From an uncultured Acidobacteriaceae bacterium (GTDB lineage Bacteria > Acidobacteriota > Terriglobia > Terriglobales > Acidobacteriaceae), in the NCBI GenBank assembly GCA_963729355.1, contig CAVSNM010000001.1, forward strand, positions 227,244 to 291,243: a stretch of DNA of 64,000 bases, read 5' to 3'. Shown here one piece after another: positions 23,316 through 31,369 of this stretch (its first letter is position 1; every line of letters starts with the position of its first letter). The notes under the pieces are model-generated. The model was not told where the DNA came from. It did not search any database and saw nothing but the letters and a program-made list of their open reading frames with translations. The position numbers and the translations under genes were made by a program.

Positions 23316-24359
23316 TTAGCTGGATATTCCAACCGACTTTTGCCCTGTTAATCCAAGGGCCCTACGTGGGCCGCGGGTCGAAACCCGAAGGCCCTCTAAC
23401 AATAAAGCTTTGATAACACGTGGAGAAGAGCTCGTTCGTAATGCCTCTCGAATGTAGTGAACGGCGGCAGTGAATTGTGTCTCACGACAGGCTTCAGAGG
23501 CCAGGCTAATCGCCCAGAAAGCAGCCTCATCTCTCGCATTCGCTGATATTATGTCTGCTCGTTCGGGTGGAAGATGGGTGTGACAGATTTCGATACACCG
23601 CCGCATATCAGAAAGCAGTTGCCCCCCCCGCTCTATCTCGGATGTATATGAATCCGAGTGAAGCCGGTAGGCTGCCAACACTTCAGGTTCGTACCACAGC
23701 GGATATCGGGCAGCAATTCTGGTCCACATCTCCCAATCCGGAGTGAATCTGAGGTCCGAGCGATAACCCCCAAGGTCCTCGTAAACCTTTCGACGAACCA
23801 CAATCGCTGCGCACTGAATTCTCTGAGAAATTCCAATCGCTTCGACAAAACCCGGCAGCGTGCCGGAAGTTGAGTTTTCCAGTGGAGAAACTCTGAGCTG
23901 GGCCCCCGCCTGATCCACAAAAATGTTGCGGCAGAATGCGGCTCCGATGTCATCCCGGCCGCAAATGGCAGACTTCAGACGCTTGTAAAAACCGGGCAAG
24001 ACGAAATCGTCAGTGTGCAGGATGTGAACCCAACCGCCCACCGATCTCTCCACACAGCTGTTCCAGTTCCCGGTCAGACCCAGGTTACGGGGCTGCCGAA
24101 AGAAGCTCACCCGATCTCCCGCTATTTTCCGCACTTCCGGCTCAAAGTCTCCCGTTGTAGAAGCATCGTCAACAACCTCGATCTGCATATCATCTGCCCC
24201 GGGATCTTGTGCCAACACACTTCTTAGTGTCGTTTTAAGAAATTTGGTGCGATTGTAAAGCGGGATCATGACCGACCAGAAAGGTCTTGGGTGTACCAGT
24301 GTTGGAGCAGCGATTTTAGGACTCGGAAAATTAGGCATAACTGCACTGATTCTTAGCAC
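23316..24359 (-). CDS. Glycosyltransferase family 2 (contains a G8 homopolymer tract)
   Basis: WSVMIPLYNRTKFLKTTLRSVLAQ......QIEVVDDAST and ...ILHTDD.. are GT2 motifs. A poly-G run at 23622-23629 encodes ..RGG... Confidence 0.8.
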   Translation of the reverse strand: MLRISAVMPNFPSPKIAAPTLVHPRPFWSVMIPLYNRTKFLKTTLRSVLAQDPGADDMQIEVVDDASTTGDFEPEVRKIAGDRVSFFRQPRNLGLTGNWNSCVERSVGGWVHILHTDDFVLPGFYKRLKSAICGRDDIGAAFCRNIFVDQAGAQLRVSPLENSTSGTLPGFVEAIGISQRIQCAAIVVRRKVYEDLGGYRSDLRFTPDWEMWTRIAARYPLWYEPEVLAAYRLHSDSYTSEIERGGQLLSDMRRCIEICHTHLPPERADIISANARDEAAFWAISLASEACRETQFTAAVHYIREALRTSSSPRVIKALLLEGLRVSTRGPRRALGLTGQKSVGISS

Positions 24360-24430
24360 AACGAGCGCACGGTTTTTTATGATTAGTAGGGGTGGGCTCT
24401 TTCGCCGACCAATTCAGATTATCGCTTCCT

Positions 24431-25231
24431 TCAGCTCGATGAAGGGCTGGGCACGGCCGCTAACTCTCGCTGAATTAACGTCGGCGCGTTCGCGCTTTCG
24501 TCATTGTTGCCCTTGCGAATGAAGATCAGGTTATGAAAGAAAGCGATCTCGATAATATTCTTGTCGAAGTAGGTTGGCTCGTAATCTGCGACAGGATACT
24601 CAACGTAATTAAGACCGTCCGCCAAGCTTTTAAAAAACGCCATCGAGGTGTGCGAATTGCCGATTCCACCACCCCAAGTTGGCCAATATGCTGTTTGTAT
24701 GTCCTCCACTACGTAGATCCCATTCGGTCGCAACAGCGGAAAAAGCACTCGGAAGGTCTTAATGACGTGCTCATTTAAGTGGCTGCCGTCATCAATAATG
24801 ATGTCGAAACCACCATATTCGTTTGACAAACGAAGCAATGCGTCAGCATCGGTTTGGTCGCATTGGCGGATGTCGATGCGACGTTCGCTGAAGTGACTCT
24901 TGTCGTAAAGATCTATTCCAACGATTCGGCCCTTTCGGAAGTAGGCCTTCCAGGTACGGAGAGATGCCCCACCCTCGTCAAGGAATTCGTAGCCACCCAC
25001 GCCGATTTCAAGCAGATTCAAAGGTTTGTTTTTGAGTGGTCCAAAATAGCGCTCATAGTGTTGCGTGTACCAGTGGGCTCCCCACTTGTCCGTTTTAAAG
25101 AGAAGGGCGAGGCGGCTCAGATCGTTTCTGCACCACCATCCCAGAGCCGCCTTCTTGATGCGCACGAGGCGACGGTATCCGGATGGGGGTAGAGCGGTTC
25201 GCAGCCAGCTTTTAACGTCCATTAGAAACAT
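24431..25231 (-). CDS. Class I SAM-dependent methyltransferase (sugar O-methyltransferase-like)
   Basis: KWGAHWYTQHYERYF......LNLLEIGVGG (motif I) and ..FDIIIDDGSH.. resemble the TylF/CmcI-like methyltransferases found in glycan loci. Confidence 0.7.
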   Translation of the reverse strand: MFLMDVKSWLRTALPPSGYRRLVRIKKAALGWWCRNDLSRLALLFKTDKWGAHWYTQHYERYFGPLKNKPLNLLEIGVGGYEFLDEGGASLRTWKAYFRKGRIVGIDLYDKSHFSERRIDIRQCDQTDADALLRLSNEYGGFDIIIDDGSHLNEHVIKTFRVLFPLLRPNGIYVVEDIQTAYWPTWGGGIGNSHTSMAFFKSLADGLNYVEYPVADYEPTYFDKNIIEIAFFHNLIFIRKGNNDESANAPTLIQRELAAVPSPSSS

Positions 25232-25300
25232 CGTGGGTGGCGCATTCGGATCCCATCGACGGCAAGGCGTTACGGTGGTTTCGAATCCTGGTCAGTTCTC

Positions 25301-26764
25301 TCATCCGCTTGCACGAGCAAAGTTTTGCGCAATCATTCCGCGCGCTTCTTGGAAGCAGCGAAACCGGCTGAAAACCCCGTGTGTCAGGCCGACGGCAGAA
25401 GCCGTGATCAAGCCTCTGCCAGCGAGCGTAAGGATTGTGTTTCCGAATGAAGCTGGCAAAAGAGACGCGACAACATAGCCCACCGCGATTGAAGGGACCG
25501 CGGGCCATAATTGTGCGACGAGATCCCCGAACGAGACGGAGAGCTCTCGGCGCAAATATGGCACATAAATGATGGCCTGCGCGGAGTATGCGAGGAGTAC
25601 CGCAACTGCAACTAGTTCAATTCTGCCTGACCGCAATACAAAAAGGAGCAGCAATAACTCAGCTACGCCAGCCAATGCATTGGCGTGCAGTAGTATCTTG
25701 GTTCGTCCGCGAACCATTATGCAGATGCCAATAGGTACCGTTATGGCCCGCACGATCCCGTAGATGCAGAGAATTCTAAGAGCAAACGCAGCCGGCAGCC
25801 ACTTGTCGGTCCCCTTTCCTAGAAGGGTCACCAAGAAGAACGGCGCATTCGCCAGGAGTGCAGTGTTAGCGATTACGGCGATGAACGCCACTAAATCAAT
25901 AGTTTTGAGATACCAGCGGCGTAAGGCCACTAGGTCATCCTGCACTGCTGAGAGTGTTGGGAGCAGCACGTTGTTAACTGTGTCGTCAAGAAGTACGCAA
26001 ACGAAACTGGCCCATGTAAACGCGAGCGCATAATAGCCTAACTTGGCACTTCCCATTGTTGTGCCAACCAGAAAATTGTCTAGATTTAATATTAAAAAAA
26101 TCAGAATCCCACTGCCGAGCAGCGGGGTTCCGAACCGGAGGTATTCCCGCGCATCTGTCCAATTGAATTCAAGCTTTATTGGCACCCATTTTACGGCTTG
26201 TGTGGTGATCCCTATGGCCAGGTTTGCGCCCACGTCCGCGACGATAATTGCCCAGTATTTCCAGCCATGCAGGATTAGGAACACGATCAGCAAGCAGCGC
26301 ACCACCGCACCTATGACCCCGGGAAGCACCAGAGCCCTGTAATTCATCTCGCGGGTAAGGGTGATTTGCGGCAGGAACCCGATGGTCGTGACCAAAAAGT
26401 TCAGAGCCAGGAAACGAATTACATCCGTCGTGGCCGGATGTTCAAAAAAATGGTGCGCAAGAGGGGCAATCGCAAAAGCAATGATAAACGCAGCAGTACT
26501 GAGAATAATCTTCAGCGTAAATGCAGTCCAAAGATTGCGATTGTTGATCTGGGGACGGCGAATCACTGCGGTGTCCACTCCCATGTCGCAGAAGCGGGAC
26601 AGAAAACCAATAATAATGAACGCGAAACCGACCACACCGTAATCCGACGGCGTCAGGTTCCGCGCGATCACGAAGCTCGCCAGAAGTTGGCAAGATACCG
26701 TAGCCCCTTTAGTCAGGGACGTATAAATAATGTTGCGAAACGTCTTGGCCTTGGAGATAGTCAT
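25301..26764 (-). CDS. Wzx-type oligosaccharide flippase (MOP superfamily), copy 1
   Basis: 487 aa with about 12-14 hydrophobic segments. The N-terminus is typical of polysaccharide biosynthesis proteins (KAKTFRNIIYTSLTKG...). Confidence 0.75.
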   Translation of the reverse strand: MTISKAKTFRNIIYTSLTKGATVSCQLLASFVIARNLTPSDYGVVGFAFIIIGFLSRFCDMGVDTAVIRRPQINNRNLWTAFTLKIILSTAAFIIAFAIAPLAHHFFEHPATTDVIRFLALNFLVTTIGFLPQITLTREMNYRALVLPGVIGAVVRCLLIVFLILHGWKYWAIIVADVGANLAIGITTQAVKWVPIKLEFNWTDAREYLRFGTPLLGSGILIFLILNLDNFLVGTTMGSAKLGYYALAFTWASFVCVLLDDTVNNVLLPTLSAVQDDLVALRRWYLKTIDLVAFIAVIANTALLANAPFFLVTLLGKGTDKWLPAAFALRILCIYGIVRAITVPIGICIMVRGRTKILLHANALAGVAELLLLLFVLRSGRIELVAVAVLLAYSAQAIIYVPYLRRELSVSFGDLVAQLWPAVPSIAVGYVVASLLPASFGNTILTLAGRGLITASAVGLTHGVFSRFRCFQEARGMIAQNFARASG

Positions 26765-26892
26765 GAAACGTCGGCGGTGACGACCTACGTGGATCAGTAT
26801 ATTTTCGAGTTAGCGGCTGGGGTTAGCAGCGCATCAAAATGTTGTTTCGGAAATTGTATCCACTATCTACCGTACCGAGTGCACCGTGAGGG
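26675..26892 (-). repeat. Direct repeat L: flippase 5' codons, upstream intergenic region and a remnant of the beta-helix gene 3' end
   Basis: Collinear by eye with 31087-31369. The flippase-start segment (AGTCAGGGACGTATAAATAATGTT.CGAAACGTCTT.GCCTTGGAGAT.GTCATGAAA) is nearly identical. The remainder is more diverged, and copy R carries about 75 nt extra. Confidence 0.75.
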
Positions 26893-27200
26893 AGCAGCGA
26901 TCTTAGGACACTCCAAATTAGACATACCTCATACTGATTCTTAGCGAAAGGAGCGCACGGCTCTCATGATTGGTAGGGGTTGCACTTGCGCCGAGCAATT
27001 CAGATATCGTTCCCTTCAGCTCGATTAAGGGCCCGCGGCTGCTAACTCTTCTACAACGTCCGGCGCGTTTTCCTTTTCGTCATTGTTTCCTTTGCGAATG
27101 AATTAGGTTGTGAAAGAAAGCGATCGCGACGATGTTCTGCTCGAACTAGTCGGACTAATGTTGAGAACCGTCCGCCAAACTGCGTTAGGAAATGAATCGG
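26891..27200 (-). pseudogene. Decayed remnants: GT2 5' end plus methyltransferase 3' end (paralogous to 24304-24640)
   Basis: Collinear, degenerate similarity to 24304-24640 (GGAGCAGCGAT.TTAGGAC...CTGATTCTTAGC...TTCAGCTCGAT.AAGGGC...TTCGTCATTGTT.CC.TTGCGAATGAA...GAAAGAAAGCGATC...ACCGTCCGCCAA). Listed ORF 27051-27251 is the corrupted methyltransferase tail. Confidence 0.65.
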
Positions 27201-27278
27201 TCGGGGGGAGTCGGAAGAACCAGGCATGATCGAATTCCCTGAGGCTTTCACTTATTAAGACAAGATGATCAGCCGTGG

Positions 27279-28175
27279 TCACGCCGAGTTACGTCTAGCC
27301 CACAGATTTGCATACCACTCGGTTGGAAGGACACCAAGTTCTGCTGTCACCTCGTTAACGCTACGTATTTTTCCAGCGTGCTCGTCGATCACCTGGACAT
27401 CTCGAAATCCAATCTGTTGTAATCGTTCCGGTAATTCCGCCGGATCGCGACCAGCATTCTTCATCCCAGCGGGAAACCACTCTAACAACAGGCTCAGGCT
27501 CGGATTCGCGGCCAACGTATACTGGAGTCCATCCAACACTTCAATCTCCGCACCCTCAACGTCAATCTTAATTAAATCAACCTGACCCTTCAGGATATCG
27601 TCCATGGGTCGCTGCTGTACTTCAACGGTTCGCACGGTCGCAGTATTGGGATGAGGGTAAAAGCCATGAGAATCACTGGATCCTGTTATTTGAAACATCC
27701 TTAACTCACTCTTCCTCCCCGCCGCAACCGGATGAACTCTGATATTCGAGTTCCCATTCCTCCGAATGTTCTCCCTTAGGAAGGTGAGATTCTCCTCGCA
27801 TGGTTCAACGGCGTAAACAATTCCTCGATTGCCAACCAGCTTAGCGGCGAGCAAGCTAAAGTAGCCGATGTGTGCGCCGACATCTGCAACAGTCATGCCA
27901 AGTTTAAGCTTCTGAGAAAATATCCCCTGAGTTAACGGCTCATAATCGTTCAACACATAATGGAAGGTAAATTTTTCAGGAAATATCAGCTTGAGTCCGC
28001 CTATCGTAGCGGATCTCGCATCCACTCCTCCAACACGGTGATAAAGCAATCGCTTCTTTATGAATAGTAAGAACGCCCGAATACCTGGCAAGGAAGTTAT
28101 TCCAGTTCTATCCAGCGTTCGCCTAGCCTTGCTTAAAGTACGAAGTGTTCTCACATCACTCATAGCATTGCTCAA
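27279..28175 (-). CDS. FkbM-family methyltransferase
   Basis: VADVGAHIGYFSLLAAKLVGNRGIVYAVEP..EN...L..NI and ..IDLIKIDVEGAE..VL.G are typical of the FkbM family. Confidence 0.75.
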   Translation of the reverse strand: MSNAMSDVRTLRTLSKARRTLDRTGITSLPGIRAFLLFIKKRLLYHRVGGVDARSATIGGLKLIFPEKFTFHYVLNDYEPLTQGIFSQKLKLGMTVADVGAHIGYFSLLAAKLVGNRGIVYAVEPCEENLTFLRENIRRNGNSNIRVHPVAAGRKSELRMFQITGSSDSHGFYPHPNTATVRTVEVQQRPMDDILKGQVDLIKIDVEGAEIEVLDGLQYTLAANPSLSLLLEWFPAGMKNAGRDPAELPERLQQIGFRDVQVIDEHAGKIRSVNEVTAELGVLPTEWYANLWARRNSA

Positions 28176-29764
28176 CCGCCTGCAACAATATCGCTCTGCT
28201 CCTTTAGAACTATCAATTTGTTTCGCTTTCTGCGAAAGAAATCAGCGACAAGAGCGCGGTCTTTGCCGTCAAAGATATATCGCGGAATCGACAAGCCGTA
28301 AGCCGCCAAGGCTAGCAACGTTAGTGCAATATCATTAAAACTATAAATTGTCGCATCTCGCATAACGTAGGACATCACTCCGAACACCCCTACCCACAAG
28401 CCTCCGCGGACCAAAGCTTCCTTGAGAAAAAACGACTTGGACAATGGCAAAAGGGTGTACACAATAACCCACAATGCTGATACCTCACAAATCGTACGGA
28501 TCACGAAGCTGAGGGCAGCCCCAGGGACTCCATAGTGCTTGGTTAAGTACCAGACGAACGCGATATTAAACGGGAGTTCAACTAAATAGAGCTTTACGAG
28601 CACATCGGGCCTTCCAACCGCTTCTAGAAGCGCTCCGGAGACAGGAGCAAGCAGACTAACCACCATCCCGAGTGTAAGAATTTTCAGCGCAAAACCTGCG
28701 TGCGCGGCGAAGCTCGCCCCAATCCACAGGCGCAAGAATTCTCCCCCCCACACGTACACGAGGAAGCACCCTGGCACGATGACCGTCAGTAGGTACCGAT
28801 GAGATCTGACGAAATAGTCGTCGATACGGGCCCACTCGTTCTTGGCTTTCAACGCGCTGAATGCCGGAAAAAGTGTGCCAGTTAGACTAGAAGGAAAGAT
28901 TGATAAACGATTCAGCAAATTCATCGGTACGGTATAAAAAGGTAACAAGGCTATACCGAGAAGAAGGCTTAGGATCCACTGATCAAAGTAAAGAAGCAGA
29001 CCGCCTAGCACTGATGCAGCCGCTATCCATGAGCCGTACCGAACCATCGTGACAGCATGCGACCAGTAGTGATTGCCTAATTGCTTGATGTACGAGAACG
29101 AGTTCAATGACGGCAGAACTCGACGGGCTCCAACAAAGGCGGCTATAAGGTTAACAAATCGCATGGCGAACAAAATGTATACAATGGCCCGAAAGTCTGC
29201 GCCTCTCAGAATGCCCACCGTATAGGCTCCGAAAGTTGACAAAGTGCTCAAGACACTCAGTCCATTTATCCAATCGAATCGCTGGCCAGCTTGCAGCACT
29301 CCGGATAATGACTTATTCGCAAAATCCAATGGGATCGAAAACGCGAACAAACGAAGGGTCATAATCACCAAGTCACGATTCCCATGTTGGACGTGTATCT
29401 TGTCGACTAACCACGGTGCTAAGAACCATAAAAAGAACGCCCCGATCAGACCAAGAATCATTTGAGACCCAACCGCGGTCCAGGTCCAAACCACCGCTTC
29501 GTTTAATTGGCCTAATGCCAGTTCGTGGGAAACGTACTTGGCCGAGGCTCTGCTGAACCCTAAATCCAGCCAACTGAGATTGGCGAGCACCATCCAAGTC
29601 ACTGACAGCACGCCATAAAGCTCAGTCCCGAACGCATGCAGCATTAGGGGCACAAAAAGAATGTTGAGCCCAATTATGAGAGCTCCTGTTCCTAAGGTGA
29701 GAAGACTGTTTGTAGCAATGGTCTTCCCCCGAACGGGCTTGAAACTTGTCTTGGGCGCGGTCAT
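28172..29764 (-). CDS. Wzx-type flippase (MOP superfamily), copy 2
   Basis: 530 aa polytopic membrane protein with polysaccharide-biosynthesis-protein architecture. Four-nt overlap with the FkbM gene. Confidence 0.7.
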   Translation of the reverse strand: MTAPKTSFKPVRGKTIATNSLLTLGTGALIIGLNILFVPLMLHAFGTELYGVLSVTWMVLANLSWLDLGFSRASAKYVSHELALGQLNEAVVWTWTAVGSQMILGLIGAFFLWFLAPWLVDKIHVQHGNRDLVIMTLRLFAFSIPLDFANKSLSGVLQAGQRFDWINGLSVLSTLSTFGAYTVGILRGADFRAIVYILFAMRFVNLIAAFVGARRVLPSLNSFSYIKQLGNHYWSHAVTMVRYGSWIAAASVLGGLLLYFDQWILSLLLGIALLPFYTVPMNLLNRLSIFPSSLTGTLFPAFSALKAKNEWARIDDYFVRSHRYLLTVIVPGCFLVYVWGGEFLRLWIGASFAAHAGFALKILTLGMVVSLLAPVSGALLEAVGRPDVLVKLYLVELPFNIAFVWYLTKHYGVPGAALSFVIRTICEVSALWVIVYTLLPLSKSFFLKEALVRGGLWVGVFGVMSYVMRDATIYSFNDIALTLLALAAYGLSIPRYIFDGKDRALVADFFRRKRNKLIVLKEQSDIVAGG

Positions 29765-29769
29765 CTTTT

Positions 29770-31053
29770 CTACAATTTACCTTTCTTAAGAAACGTGAAT
29801 CGTGACCGGTCTACGCTGGCGCCTCGACGGGTAAAAATCTGTGCCGGTTTATTGTTGGCAGAAGGAAATTTCGGGAGAATCGGGCCGTGCACATCGGATT
29901 TTGCGCACCGCATCAGCGATTCAAGGATTGGGGAGATCTCCGCCACATATCTTTCCTTAGTAAAAAACGTCGTGGCCCACTCTTTTGCATTCTTGCCCAA
30001 ACTTTCGGCTTGCCCAGGATTTTCACATAACTGCCGAATCTTGAGAGCCAAATCCTGCGAGTCGCCAACGGAGTAAAGAAGACCTGTAACGCCTTCGCGG
30101 ACGAGATCTTGGGTAGCCCCGCCACGCGCACCAATTACCGGCTTTCCTGCCAGCATTCCCTCGATAGTTACCCTTCCAAATCCTTCCGATCTCGAGCACA
30201 TCAAAAGAACGTCAGAAGCTGCGACAAAGGGCAAAGCATCTGGCACTTGCCCAACGAAAGTGACACGGTCTTGCACTCCTCTTTGCCGAACGATTTCCTC
30301 CAATCGCTGCCGGTACTTCGGGTCACCTTCCCCTACGATGACTAGCTCAGTAGCTACGCCGCTCTCAAAAAGGTTCGCAATTGCCTGAATCGCGTCCTCT
30401 TGCCTCTTGCCCTCGACCAATTGCCCGACAATCACGCAGCGAAACGCTGCGGCAGCAGGCAAATGACATTTCTTTGCACGCGAACTTACATTTCTATCGA
30501 TAGCAACATGCATTGACGGGTAGATCACAGCTATTTTTGATGGCTCGATGTAAGCTTCGAACTTTTCCTTCAGCGCCTGAGAAAGAGCGATGCATGACGC
30601 AGACATATATCCCAGCAATCTCACCGAACGCGCTTCACCAAAGTGGAAAATCAGGCCATGATCTTCGCGCCCGAACTCTTCTATGTGCCAGACGTGGGGC
30701 TTGCGGAGTATCGCCGCAGCAAACGCGCCAATGCATACAGTTATCGTATTGCTGTAAACAGCGTCACATTTCCAGCGCCTGACGTGTGTGGCCGTACGCA
30801 ATGCTGCGATGGCTATTCTCCTTCCCGATTTCGCTTGCGAGATCAAGGAAAGCTTCTCCGAATCCATCCACCAAGGAACCGGCATTATTGCAAATGGAAT
30901 TCCTAGATCAGTTAGACGATTTGAGAATTCGCCAATTGCTGGCAAAATCGCGCGACAACTAATCCCTCCCTCGTGAAGGATCTCGATGGTTTCGAGCAGG
31001 ACGGTCTCAGCGCCCCCAAGCTTGCCCGAATGTGAAACAAAGCAAATCCGCAT
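29770..31053 (-). CDS. Glycosyltransferase family 4
   Basis: MRICFVSHSGKLGGAE at the N-terminus. ..FVGQVPD...F.AASDVLLMCSRSEGFGRVTIEGMLAGKPVIGARGGAT.DLV in the C-terminal half (the E-x7-E region of GT4). Confidence 0.8.
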   Translation of the reverse strand: MRICFVSHSGKLGGAETVLLETIEILHEGGISCRAILPAIGEFSNRLTDLGIPFAIMPVPWWMDSEKLSLISQAKSGRRIAIAALRTATHVRRWKCDAVYSNTITVCIGAFAAAILRKPHVWHIEEFGREDHGLIFHFGEARSVRLLGYMSASCIALSQALKEKFEAYIEPSKIAVIYPSMHVAIDRNVSSRAKKCHLPAAAAFRCVIVGQLVEGKRQEDAIQAIANLFESGVATELVIVGEGDPKYRQRLEEIVRQRGVQDRVTFVGQVPDALPFVAASDVLLMCSRSEGFGRVTIEGMLAGKPVIGARGGATQDLVREGVTGLLYSVGDSQDLALKIRQLCENPGQAESLGKNAKEWATTFFTKERYVAEISPILESLMRCAKSDVHGPILPKFPSANNKPAQIFTRRGASVDRSRFTFLKKGKL

Positions 31054-31065
31054 TTCGAAGTCGTA

Positions 31066-31176
31066 TCATTCCGATTCGTTGTTAGAGCTCGCCAGATGCT
31101 GGCAAGACACGGTCGCTCCCTTAGTCAGGGACGTATAAATAATGTTACGAAACGTCTTCGCCTTGGAGATGGTCAT
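31066..31176 (-). pseudogene. Remnant of flippase copy-1-type 5' end, now a 36-codon upstream ORF ending 12 nt before the GT4 start
   Basis: Translates MTISKAKTFRNIIYTSLTKGATVSCQHLASSNNESE*. The first 26 residues are identical to the N-terminus of the flippase at 25301-26764. Confidence 0.7.
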
Positions 31177-31369
31177 GAAAACGTCAGGGCTGACAACTAG
31201 TGGATCGGTGAATTTTCAAGTTTGCGACTGGGTTGGCGTGGTGCTTGCGATGAGCGCACTAGTTTGTCGGGAGAGATGACATAGTGCTGCCATCCCTGGG
31301 GATGGCAGCGTATCAAAATGTTGTTTCGGAGGCTGTCTCCATCCGATCTACTGTACCGTCCCGGTGAGG
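31087..31369 (-). repeat. Direct repeat R (partner of 26675-26892)
   Basis: See repeat L. It includes the true stop region of the beta-helix gene and the intergenic region. Confidence 0.75.
31286..31309 (-). terminator. Perfect 10-bp stem / 4-nt loop hairpin downstream of the beta-helix gene (no U tract)
   Basis: GCTGCCATCC ctgg GGATGGCAGC, 38 nt after the stop at 31348. It lies in the ~75-nt segment that is absent from repeat copy L. It could be an attenuator, an mRNA-stabilising hairpin or a weak terminator. Confidence 0.3.

Noticed and set aside
27051-27251. Listed 66-aa ORF as a real small gene between the flippase and FkbM genes.
   Set aside because: It is the degenerate duplicate of the methyltransferase C-terminus (compare 24431-24640) and has no start context. 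It is treated as a pseudogene remnant.
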